Positions 38,135 through 46,201 of a DNA stretch of 46,324 nt are shown in pieces; positions within the stretch are counted from its first letter, which is position 1, and the number at the start of each line of letters is the position of its first letter. Below the pieces are notes generated by a model. It was not told the DNA's origin, made no database searches, and worked only from the letters and a program-made list of their open reading frames with translations. Source of the stretch: a virus; IMG/VR virus record IMGVR_UViG_3300036782_000034, positions 1 to 46,324 of that record. One strand, 5' to 3'. Both the position numbers and the translations under genes were made by a program.

Positions 38135-39482
38135 CTACCTTATTCACAGTGTCGAGATTAATGGAATCAGCTTCTTCTTCCTGCATCTTCTGTATTTCCG
38201 CTTTAGGATCATGAATAGCAGAGAATAAAGATAAACGTGTTTCTTCACTCATTAAACCTTGTAGTTTCCCTTGTACATCAGCTTCATCGGCTAAGTTAAC
38301 CGGAATGTTTCGTGTGAATTGAAACGTCATACAAAGGTAGTCTAGCTCGTCTTTGTTTGAGCGTAAGTTCCAAGCGTCAAACAATAACTTAAATTGTTGT
38401 CGCAATGACTTAGTAAACTTCATTTCTAGCGTTCCTGATTTCGTTTCTAAAGCTAATAGCTTATAACGAATAGCAACACCAGTAAGATTACCACCAAATG
38501 ATTCATCGGAAAGGTTAACATGCTTTGTAAAACGACATATATTCTTTTCTAATCTGTCGAGATGGTGTTCCAAGATGTCGTCATCAAGACTTTTAGTTAG
38601 AAATGATGCAGTTGCTCCTTCTGGAAGTTCTATGGCACCAGACTTTATTAAATCCTTCGTAGTCTCTTCATCTATTTCAACGCCTGTAAATACCATATAA
38701 GCTAGACGGAACTGCTCAATTTCACTGTTCACATCAGAAAACGCTCTGTCGTACCCTTCTATAAGTGCAATAGATTTATCAACATCACCCTGCAACTCTT
38801 CATTGTTAGGGAAACCGATAAGCGGTACACCTTTGTATAAGTTAGGGATGCGTTTTGTTTCTTGTAACTTATCTAAATCTTCACCAGTGTATTCAATTAT
38901 GTTTGTTTCATTGTAAAATTCTACTTTGTATCCATCTTTAAAATCATCACCATCAATTACTTTGATTGGATAGCAACGAATAGCGTACGTAGGCTCCGCA
39001 ACGCTTGAATTAGTAAGGAAGATAGCTTCATAAGGTTTGATATTCATAACCTTTTCAATGCCTTCTTTATCGTGATACAGCAGTCTCGCTCCATATCCAC
39101 ACACAGAAGCAAACTTCCCTGTTTCCGCATCAGCATCTTCAGTATGATTTGCTTTTAAAAAGTCCTGGATACGTTTTAATACTTCCTCATCGTCATGATC
39201 TAAGCTATATGAAATAGGTAATCCAAACATATACCCAATCTTCGTATCAATAATTTCAGAGAAGAAGTCATTGTTTAACTTGTTGTTAACTTTATCCTTA
39301 TTACCGTCACCTTTAAACTCACGAGTAAAGATAGGCACACCTTTTTCACTTGCTTTATAGCGTTCGTACCTGTTAATCATGCGTTGTTTTAATGGTTCAA
39401 ACTCATCGATAATCTTTTTAAGTAGTTTAGGTGTAGGTTCTCCATTATTTTCATCTAGCAGTGGAATATAGTGTTCAAACAT
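38049..39482 (-). CDS. Portal protein (SPP1 gp6-like)
   Basis: 477 aa, immediately after terL. Has an 86-nt overlap with the next ORF as drawn in the track. Confidence 0.85.
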   Translation of the reverse strand: MFEHYIPLLDENNGEPTPKLLKKIIDEFEPLKQRMINRYERYKASEKGVPIFTREFKGDGNKDKVNNKLNNDFFSEIIDTKIGYMFGLPISYSLDHDDEEVLKRIQDFLKANHTEDADAETGKFASVCGYGARLLYHDKEGIEKVMNIKPYEAIFLTNSSVAEPTYAIRCYPIKVIDGDDFKDGYKVEFYNETNIIEYTGEDLDKLQETKRIPNLYKGVPLIGFPNNEELQGDVDKSIALIEGYDRAFSDVNSEIEQFRLAYMVFTGVEIDEETTKDLIKSGAIELPEGATASFLTKSLDDDILEHHLDRLEKNICRFTKHVNLSDESFGGNLTGVAIRYKLLALETKSGTLEMKFTKSLRQQFKLLFDAWNLRSNKDELDYLCMTFQFTRNIPVNLADEADVQGKLQGLMSEETRLSLFSAIHDPKAEIQKMQEEEADSINLDTVNKVGDSNGMGQETKTPTKDRGRTGESDPLPV

Positions 39483-39494
39483 CGTCTCACCTCC

Positions 39495-40724
39495 TTAATA
39501 GATTGACTTAACAGCTCTCGCTTTTCTATTTTCACTTTTCTCTGTGTAAATCGCATAACGTACAGCATCCAAAACATCGTCCCATTCCTTCACTGGTTCG
39601 CCTGTTTTCTCATTCCATACATACATGAACACTTCTTTCTTAAAGCGTTCTACACACTCAGATACAGCTTTAAAACTATCTGTCTTGATGTATTTAGCGA
39701 CCATTTCAATGCCAGATAAGACGGATTTATCGGCGTTTCTTGCTCGTAAACCTTCTCGTTTGAATCGTTTTATATGTTCAGGCCTTGCAGTATCGCAATA
39801 AAAAAAGATGTTGCCATAACGTTCTTTCACGTCTTTAGCTACACCTACCCAGTAATCTATTTCTTCATGTTGTCTTGCGTGTTCTTCTAATAAATATAGA
39901 TTTTCTTTATCGTCTTCACCAATAACAATGATGGACCCGAAATGCTCATAACCCCAATCGACACCAGCAAAGTATTTCGTAAATTTGATATCTTTTAAAT
40001 TAGTTTCTTCTATATAATGTACATTTTTATTGAAGTCTTTATATACAACTCCATCAGCGCTACACCATAAGCCTTTTATATTGCGATCGTAAAACATCCC
40101 ATCAGGAGTAGAAGCCTTAATACGTTCTCTATATCTTTCATTCAAGAATGTATTATCATCTAATTCATATTGAAATGCTTTTATCGTTACATTGTCATCT
40201 TTATCGATGTAATCTGTTTTCAGCCAATGCTCTGGATGGTCTGGGTTCGTATCAACTAATACTCTTGCACCATCTCCGCTACAACGAGACTTAATTTCAT
40301 CGAATACAACCTTATTAGCAAGAGAACCTTCATTCACATAAGCTCCATAAGCAGTCATACCGCGAATGGTATCTAAATGGCTTATCTTAGAATGACCAGT
40401 GCAGCATACAAGGACTCCAAACAATTTGAATCGATTGTATTTATCCATATGAAAATCAATACCGTATTTGTTTGTGAGCTCAATGAGCACATTCTTTGCT
40501 AATGTACCTAAAGATGCACCAGCAAGGATATACTGCGGTAAATCCACACCTTCATTATCAGCAATACGTCTTACTCGTCTTAACTCAGCAAGGAATAGAT
40601 CATTATTTAAGATTGTTTTACCAGTACGTTTCGCACCATGTTGTATTAACATGAAGTAATCATTGTTATAAACGTAATTCAATACTTGTTGTTGTTTCTC
40701 GTTATACAGTTCGTTCATACTCAT
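39495..40724 (-). CDS. terL: Terminase large subunit (PBSX/Terminase_3-like)
   Basis: Walker A HGAKRTGKT, followed by nuclease-domain acidic motifs. 4-nt overlap with terS. Confidence 0.9.
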   Translation of the reverse strand: MSMNELYNEKQQQVLNYVYNNDYFMLIQHGAKRTGKTILNNDLFLAELRRVRRIADNEGVDLPQYILAGASLGTLAKNVLIELTNKYGIDFHMDKYNRFKLFGVLVCCTGHSKISHLDTIRGMTAYGAYVNEGSLANKVVFDEIKSRCSGDGARVLVDTNPDHPEHWLKTDYIDKDDNVTIKAFQYELDDNTFLNERYRERIKASTPDGMFYDRNIKGLWCSADGVVYKDFNKNVHYIEETNLKDIKFTKYFAGVDWGYEHFGSIIVIGEDDKENLYLLEEHARQHEEIDYWVGVAKDVKERYGNIFFYCDTARPEHIKRFKREGLRARNADKSVLSGIEMVAKYIKTDSFKAVSECVERFKKEVFMYVWNEKTGEPVKEWDDVLDAVRYAIYTEKSENRKARAVKSIY

Positions 40725-41557
40725 TTCTTAAACGCACCTTCTAACTTATCCAAGTATTGGCCAATCTTATCTTCAGCAGGATTTTCATCCTTTAATTCAT
40801 TTCTAATCTTATCTATTTGAGCGTTCATCAGATTCAATTTAGCGCGTCTTTCATCATCTATATTAGCTAACTTATCAAAGTCTCTAATAAGAGAAGACAA
40901 CGTGCTCATTGCTCTTGATTGAGCGTTTAAGAATGTAGCGTGTTTGTCCCAAGCAAATTGAATTTCCCATTCTTCTTCAGAAGAACTTCCAGAGTCAGAA
41001 TAACTTTCTTTAGTTTTCTTCAATTCTTTAGTCATATCATCTTGGTCTTTAACAAACATCAATCGTTGAGCTCTAATAATAGCCGTGTACTGAATCGTTA
41101 TGTTTTCCCATAACATATCAATTGGATTCTTCTCCATGATCTCAGCAGCTAAATCAGCAACATCCTCAGGGAAGTGTTTGCGGAAGAAACCGTGAGTAAC
41201 AGCATTATCATTTCCTTTTGGTGGACCATGCCCAACAGCATTCTTATTCCCATACTTAGGATTTTTGTTACCAGAATTACCTATTGCGTTTTGATTTCCT
41301 TTCAATGAAGCGGATAACTTTTGCGAAGTACTACGTTTCTTTTTCGCAGTACTACAATCGTTTTCATTTGCAGTACTACAATCAGAACCATTCAATTTAG
41401 CTACCCATTTGTCTCTAGATTTCCATGAGGAAATTGTTTTCTCTTGCTCTTGAAGAATCTCGGCTATCTTCCGATTTGTGATATCTCCATTATGTTCTTT
41501 ATAAATCTCAAATGCTTTATCTCTATTCGGGCTCCTTGCTTTAGCCACGACCACCAC
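40721..41557 (-). CDS. terS: Terminase small subunit
   Basis: N-terminal HTH-like NRKIAEILQEQEKTISSWKSRDKW and a repeated GN(K/Q/D)NA(V/I)GH/THG motif, as in PBSX-type small terminases. GTG start. Confidence 0.75.
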   Translation of the reverse strand: MVVVAKARSPNRDKAFEIYKEHNGDITNRKIAEILQEQEKTISSWKSRDKWVAKLNGSDCSTANENDCSTAKKKRSTSQKLSASLKGNQNAIGNSGNKNPKYGNKNAVGHGPPKGNDNAVTHGFFRKHFPEDVADLAAEIMEKNPIDMLWENITIQYTAIIRAQRLMFVKDQDDMTKELKKTKESYSDSGSSSEEEWEIQFAWDKHATFLNAQSRAMSTLSSLIRDFDKLANIDDERRAKLNLMNAQIDKIRNELKDENPAEDKIGQYLDKLEGAFKK

Positions 41558-41585
41558 CTCACGATAGACTCTATTAGTTTTTTAT

Positions 41586-41801
41586 TTAAGCTTTTAAAAA
41601 CTCATCAATTACTTTATCTAATACACTAATAAACGCCTCTCGCGTTTGCTTTGGCGTCATGTCATCGTTCATTTCGTTGTGCATTGATATAGCTCTTTCT
41701 AACTTCTGAGCATCAATGCGTTGTTTTACTAATTCCACACCAATAACATTATTTATTAAATTGCCGATAACAACCATTTGTTCTTGTTTAGTTAGTTTCA
41801 T
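41586..41801 (-). CDS. Hypothetical protein (71 aa)
   Basis: ORF track. Confidence 0.55.
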   Translation of the reverse strand: MKLTKQEQMVVIGNLINNVIGVELVKQRIDAQKLERAISMHNEMNDDMTPKQTREAFISVLDKVIDEFLKA

Positions 41802-42154
41802 TTATCTCTCACTCCCTTGATATCATTCGCTGATATCTTAATAGCATCTGTTGTATGCTCAACTATAGATTCCGCTGTTACTAACCCATCTAATGAAATC
41901 CTAACTGTAGAATCCATTCCGACTGATTCACTTTCATTAATCTTTTTTATTATTTCAGATTGTTTAACTACTTGTTTAATATCGGTTACGCCCACTTTAT
42001 CGGATAACTCACGTTCTAAATCGCCAATATGTTTCTTTAATGAATTTACAGTTTCATTCAATGTGATAATCTGTCCTCGCATGACCATTTGCTCCGAATA
42101 CATTTGTTGTACTGAGACCTCAAGTCTATGATTTATAACATCTATATTCTCCAT
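41798..42154 (-). CDS. Hypothetical coiled-coil protein (118 aa)
   Basis: ORF track. Confidence 0.55.
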   Translation of the reverse strand: MENIDVINHRLEVSVQQMYSEQMVMRGQIITLNETVNSLKKHIGDLERELSDKVGVTDIKQVVKQSEIIKKINESESVGMDSTVRISLDGLVTAESIVEHTTDAIKISANDIKGVRDK

Positions 42155-42192
42155 CCTTCATCCTCCTCTAAAATAAAAAAGCAGCGGATTCG

Positions 42193-42441
42193 CTACTGTA
42201 ATTGTTCAACTATCTCATTAAATAACTGTTTCCCTTTTTCTGTATATCTTTTCAATCCACCATCAGCAAAGTATTCACCTTCGTTACTAATCACTTCAAT
42301 CAATACATCTCCTTTTTCCCAAACCTGCAAAGAGAATGCAACACATGATTCAAATTCTTTTAACGCTTCTTCTCTGTCTGTGGTAGCTAACATAATATCC
42401 GTATCAGCATTGTCCCACATCACAACTGTATAGATCAGCAC
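42193..42441 (-). CDS. Hypothetical protein (82 aa)
   Basis: ORF track. GTG start with GAGGTG 5 nt upstream. Confidence 0.55.
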   Translation of the reverse strand: MLIYTVVMWDNADTDIMLATTDREEALKEFESCVAFSLQVWEKGDVLIEVISNEGEYFADGGLKRYTEKGKQLFNEIVEQLQ

Positions 42442-42491
42442 GAAATCACCTCAAAAGAATCTTATTTTTAAAAATCCATAACGAAAACTAA

Positions 42492-42703
42492 TTTATGCAG
42501 GGAAATTAATAATTCATACATAACGTTTTCTATTTAGTTTACATAACCATTCTTATACTCAGTTGTTTAAAGTTGATATCATGGGAAATCGTTGATACCA
42601 CTCGCTTTCCGTTACATATCATTCCATATATTTATGCATGATTTTATGCACGCCCTATTTTAGCGGGTTTTCAGCACCTAATCACCGTTATTTCCTGCAT
42701 AAA
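42492..42703. repeat. Four TTTATGCA / TGCATAAA boxes in a 300-bp ORF-free region upstream of the late genes
   Basis: tttatgca at 42492, 42631 and 42643 (the last two 12 bp apart). Inverted tgcataaa at 42696. Confidence 0.6.
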
Positions 42704-42740
42704 CTTCACTTTGTTAACTTTCTCTATTTTTGTGCAGTTT

Positions 42741-42968
42741 CTATTTAACTTCGATATCACAATTTTCATTTGTCGCTACTTCCCAATCATCTTCCAATAT
42801 TCCGCTGATTGTAAACAAGATGTCTTTTGTGTCTAATAAATCAATTACTTCACCAGTTTTAGCGTGTATTTCAATCTTCCCGCATTTATATACCCAATAT
42901 CCGCGCCATGCTTTTCTCTTAATTGGTGTACCTGCAATAAACGTCGCAAATAAATTTTTAAAATTCAC
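42741..42968 (-). CDS. DUF2829-like small protein (75 aa), same family as the Thoeris anti-defence protein Tad2
   Basis: Start set at the GTG at 42968 (GAGGAGGAAG RBS). MNFKNLFATFIAGTPIKRKAWRGYW...ILEDDWEV matches the DUF2829 pattern (N-terminal MNF..a...G..i.Rk.W, C-terminal L.eDWe) by eye. Confidence 0.55.
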   Translation of the reverse strand: MNFKNLFATFIAGTPIKRKAWRGYWVYKCGKIEIHAKTGEVIDLLDTKDILFTISGILEDDWEVATNENCDIEVK

Positions 42969-43206
42969 CCTTACTTCCTCCTCTATTTTCGTTCGTTGTG
43001 TTCGTTTGTTTTGTAACATATCGATAATACATGCGAAGGATGATTACCCATATTAGAATCCCGAAGAAGTCTACCCAATTCATCCCCATATAAGCCAACC
43101 TGTTCCTAATCCGATTAAGACTGGGACAGCTAAAACAATAACAAGCACCGCTAACCATTCTTTATCACTTGCCACTTCCTCACCCCTTATCTTTCCTTAA
43201 CAACAA

Positions 43207-43446
43207 TCAATCCCAAAATCTTTCTGCTGCTTTCTTACCTAAATAAGCGAATAAGCCTTTCACAACAATAGCTAATACCCATACTATCGAACTAATCGTA
43301 AACACTGTCATATAACTAACATCCAATTTAAAGATGAAACTAACAATCCACGCCAAACCTAGCCAAGTAGCTGACCACATTCCAAATGAAATAATAAGCA
43401 ATCCTAATACAGCAAAAGTAAATACTGCTCCTAATCCTTTCAACAT
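43207..43446 (-). CDS. Small integral membrane protein (79 aa, 2-3 TM helices)
   Basis: ORF track. AAGGAGGAG RBS. Strongly hydrophobic. Confidence 0.55.
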   Translation of the reverse strand: MLKGLGAVFTFAVLGLLIISFGMWSATWLGLAWIVSFIFKLDVSYMTVFTISSIVWVLAIVVKGLFAYLGKKAAERFWD

Positions 43447-43520
43447 TTTCTCATCTCCTCCTTAACAACAAACAAGACGCCACCCAGATCACGGCAGCGC
43501 CTACGAGAATTGCTATTGGT

Positions 43521-43799
43521 TTAATTATTAAAAGTAGATAAATAGCTTTGAATTTTAGCAAATGAATCGCCATAAGTAAATCCAGTAATACGAATACCTT
43601 TAGCGAATTTGTGGTTTAAATTCTCGTCATACGTTTTCTTATAATACTCTAGCTTATCAGCGATATTAGCTCGACTATTAATAATAACCTCCGCATCATT
43701 GAATCCTTCCATTTCGATTAACACACCTATGTAATCCGTATTATTAGTGATAGCAAAGTTAAAGCAAATCTCCATTTGTTCAAATGTACAATCCATCAT
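43521..43799 (-). CDS. Hypothetical protein (92 aa)
   Basis: ORF track. TAGGAGGATGA RBS region. Confidence 0.55.
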   Translation of the reverse strand: MMDCTFEQMEICFNFAITNNTDYIGVLIEMEGFNDAEVIINSRANIADKLEYYKKTYDENLNHKFAKGIRITGFTYGDSFAKIQSYLSTFNN

Positions 43800-43833
43800 T
43801 CATCCTCCTAATCAAATGTCCATTTTGTTCAAT

Positions 43834-43858
43834 AAAAAAAGAACACTATAAAGTGTCC
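43834..43858 (-). terminator. Strong minus-strand intrinsic terminator closing the ORF-free region
   Basis: Minus strand reads GGACACU-UUAU-AGUGUUC followed by U7. The G-U pair is an A-C mismatch on plus. Confidence 0.7.
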
Positions 43859-44713
43859 TAAGCTTCTGAGTATAAGGTATACGACAATGCCTTGCCCGTT
43901 CTAATGGTGCAACATAAAAGAGCTTTATAGCGGAATATATATAGCTCTCGGAAAAGGAATAAGTTGGTTGGCATTGACTCGATATTGTATGTTTGGGAAT
44001 TCCTTATGTGCAATAAAGAAGAGACCTATAAGGTACTCGTCCGATACGATTATAAAGAATGAATACATCGTGTTCAGTTTATTAGTATATGCTTGTCTCA
44101 TTCAAATTTTTACTGGTTTAATGTGTAATTTCTATATAACAAAGAAAATTATTCTTTCTAGACCCGGAACTAACATACATATTGGCTAATTCCTGGTTTA
44201 CAAAAAACAAAAATCCATCACCGAAGTGACAGCTTTCAAGGGGATGGGAGAAAAGAGAGAAAACAAATGGCAAAGTTTCTCTTAGATCAAGGCTGAGTAC
44301 TCTCAACCTTCTCCAAATCACCGCATCAACATCATATGGCTACACGCCTTGCGTTCGGTTAATTCGGTGACTGGGAGAAGACTAAGAATCTTCTCGTTTA
44401 TACTCCGTAGAGTCGGCTACTTAATGTCATTTTCACCAATTTCTTTTACACAATGTGATTATATCTAGAGGGAATGTGTTTATTCCGTCCCCCTTGTTTG
44501 AACCAATACACAAGACTGAGGGGAATGTTCAGCTGCATTGGCTCAAACAAAGAGCGGAAGCTCTCTGCTCGTTTAGACCTATATTTTTTAGAACGCTATA
44601 GTTCATCCAATCGAACGAACCATCACCACATTTGTAAAACGACCCATCTCGAAATCAAGACCTTGAAAGTAGTTTCCGCTACCTCTCAGTAATAATAGTG
44701 TATCACCTAAATA
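43859..44713 (-). ncRNA. Candidate large structured non-coding RNA or structured leader (~0.5-0.85 kb)
   Basis: No ORF with an RBS. Visibly higher GC in about 44210-44700. Minus-strand-specific helices at 44544-44571 (12 bp, 3 G-U), 44215-44232 (cUUCGg tetraloop), 44291-44308 and 44375-44395. Ends at the 43834-43858 terminator. Confidence 0.45.
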
Positions 44714-45169
44714 TCAAGAACAGTGTGTCATCGTTGTGGCATGATTGTGGCTTCTTTTCATTTTGCTGCTCACTCTTCTAATATGGTCATAGCTATAACC
44801 TAACTCACTAGCAACCTGTTTTAAATTGAATCCCATTACATCTCGCAAATAAATAATCTGTTGTTCTAGCCCCTTCTTCTTACTCATAACAAACTGCGCT
44901 TCCCCCATTAATACTTTCTTATCAACAATACGTTGTTTTAATCGTTCTGACTTCTCCATAATACGATCATGACGACCTGCTATTTCATCTAATGCCAATG
45001 GAATTTGTCCACCTGTTACACGGTCTTTGCTGTAGTCTGTTACTCCATTAAACTTAGGTGCATTCATATGCATATTTTTAATCAGGTATTTATGTTCTAA
45101 CTTCAGGTCCTTTAATTCAATCTCCATTAATTCAATTTCTTCTCCTAAGTTTTGATAAATGTTTGTCAT
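44714..45169 (-). CDS. Late-gene transcriptional regulator, sigma-70 region-4-like HTH (ArpU/RinA/DUF1492 type)
   Basis: C-terminal EQQIIYLRDVMGFNLKQVASELGYSYDHIRRVSSKM resembles sigma region 4. Size and position upstream of the packaging genes fit. Confidence 0.6.
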   Translation of the reverse strand: MTNIYQNLGEEIELMEIELKDLKLEHKYLIKNMHMNAPKFNGVTDYSKDRVTGGQIPLALDEIAGRHDRIMEKSERLKQRIVDKKVLMGEAQFVMSKKKGLEQQIIYLRDVMGFNLKQVASELGYSYDHIRRVSSKMKRSHNHATTMTHCS

Positions 45170-45201
45170 GGTAAATCCCCCTATTTCGAATTTGTCTTTT
45201 T

Positions 45202-45262
45202 AACATCACATAAGGTACGTGAAATTTTACTATCTCATTGTTGAATAAGGGAACATCACATA
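45202..45262. repeat. Two copies of the 11-bp direct repeat AACATCACATA, 50 bp apart, upstream of the late regulator gene
   Basis: Copies at 45202-45212 and 45252-45262, read directly. Confidence 0.6.
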
Positions 45263-45305
45263 GTAAGTAGCCCCCACCATCTACTTTGCATTGTTCCGTT
45301 ATCCA

Positions 45306-45527
45306 TTAAGCTGTTTCTCTTTTACTTATAGCTGCTATCTTCTTGTCTTCATCATGAATTCTCCAGCCATCGTTAAAGTGATCAACTAACTCCTGATACT
45401 TAAATACATCGAATATCGTAACGTACTGACAATCTCCAAATCCTGGTTCTTTTCGAAACAACATATATTCTCGTGTACCTTCGTATCTTCTAATGACACT
45501 CACCCCTTTATGATCTTGTCCATTCAC
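45306..45527 (-). CDS. Hypothetical protein (73 aa)
   Basis: ORF track. Confidence 0.55.
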   Translation of the reverse strand: MNGQDHKGVSVIRRYEGTREYMLFRKEPGFGDCQYVTIFDVFKYQELVDHFNDGWRIHDEDKKIAAISKRETA

Positions 45528-45930
45528 CTAACTTCTTGTCCCATATCACAACGATTAACTCTTGTTGGTGCTGGTATTCCCATAACTTCTTTCTTATCGG
45601 AAATCCTTCATTGATAGCCTTCTTATGGCCCTTTACGTCAACCGTCTCCACACGTCCATCTGAGTACGTTACTTTAAAATCAGGTGTAAACTTCATAGCT
45701 GACTTTTTCGACTTACCTGACTTCGTTATGCTGCTCTTAATCTCAAAAGATGGTATAAGGGTGAAAGAGGGATGACAATCTATATGACTGACATCATCCC
45801 TGCTTTTTAAGTACTTGTAATAGTTCATTTCTGATTGTGAATCGAAATTAATTCCGTCATAAGTTACTTTCTTCTGCTTAATTCGCGGTTTGTTCTTTTT
45901 CTTAGTTGTAGCTTTTCTCTTTTTAATCAA
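45508..45930 (-). CDS. DUF1064-like protein (PD-(D/E)xK-type nuclease fold, putative resolvase)
   Basis: Pattern KKVTYDGINFDSQSEMNYYKYL...FTPDFKVTY..G..ETVDVKG matches DUF1064 by eye. Confidence 0.5.
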   Translation of the reverse strand: MIKKRKATTKKKNKPRIKQKKVTYDGINFDSQSEMNYYKYLKSRDDVSHIDCHPSFTLIPSFEIKSSITKSGKSKKSAMKFTPDFKVTYSDGRVETVDVKGHKKAINEGFPIRKKLWEYQHQQELIVVIWDKKLGEWTRS

Positions 45931-46184
45931 TTAACACACCATCTTTTATGTTTAATGTGTTGTCTTTTGAATGAAGCGGTACGCTTATACTTCCTTATCG
46001 TTCTTTCACATTTAATTACAAATTCTTTAATCTGATCCCATACCTTTAGGAATAACTCCTTAAATCGAACCATTTCCGGGCTATCCATGATTTCCTGTAC
46101 CATTTCCCTTTGCTTGTCCTTATCAGGTTCATTTACCGCTGCTGCTATTCGTTTTTTTAGGTCCTGCACTTTCAAATCATCCAT
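45927..46184 (-). CDS. Hypothetical protein (85 aa)
   Basis: Track ORF trimmed to the ATG at 46184 (GCGAGGTTAAGAGA upstream). The track start at 46223 is a GTG inside the upstream ORF. Confidence 0.55.
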   Translation of the reverse strand: MDDLKVQDLKKRIAAAVNEPDKDKQREMVQEIMDSPEMVRFKELFLKVWDQIKEFVIKCERTIRKYKRTASFKRQHIKHKRWCVN

Positions 46185-46201
46185 TCTCTTAACCTCGCTT
46201 T

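Noticed and set aside
41340-41385. Direct repeat gcagtactacaatc x2 inside terS
   Set aside because: It simply encodes the duplicated peptide DCSTA(N/K) in the terS linker. There is no evidence for a separate DNA-level function.
42958-43206. 66-aa track ORF 42958..43158 and possible tiny membrane peptides (about 31 aa from a GTG near 43168; about 40 aa from an ATG near 43088)
   Set aside because: The 66-aa form has no convincing RBS and overlaps the RBS and start of the DUF2829-like gene. Two very short hydrophobic peptides are conceivable, but start sites are ambiguous, so they were not called.
43968-44692. Three short ORFs (43968..44189 +, 44118..44321 -, 44474..44692 +) in the 0.85-kb gap
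   Set aside because: None has a Shine-Dalgarno sequence. They overlap one another on opposite strands and their sequences are implausible. The region is better explained by RNA secondary structure. A degraded pseudogene cannot be fully excluded without homology searches.
43800-44713. The gap as a cos/pac site, a group I/II intron or a tRNA cluster
   Set aside because: No tRNA cloverleaf or T-loop (GTTCGAATC-like) sequence was found on either strand. The region does not interrupt a gene, so a self-splicing intron is unlikely, and I could not recognise intron core motifs. A pac site is more plausibly nearer terS. None of these can be excluded without covariance-model searches.
33403-45775. Plus-strand track ORFs in the head/packaging region, and alternative-frame minus-strand ORFs (33403..33594, 34379..34639, 34351..34569, 34887..35120, 35253..35483, 36153..36483, 40468..40659, 41444..41629, 41817..42433, 42730..43056, 45536..45775)
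   Set aside because: They are nested in, or antisense to, better-supported genes.
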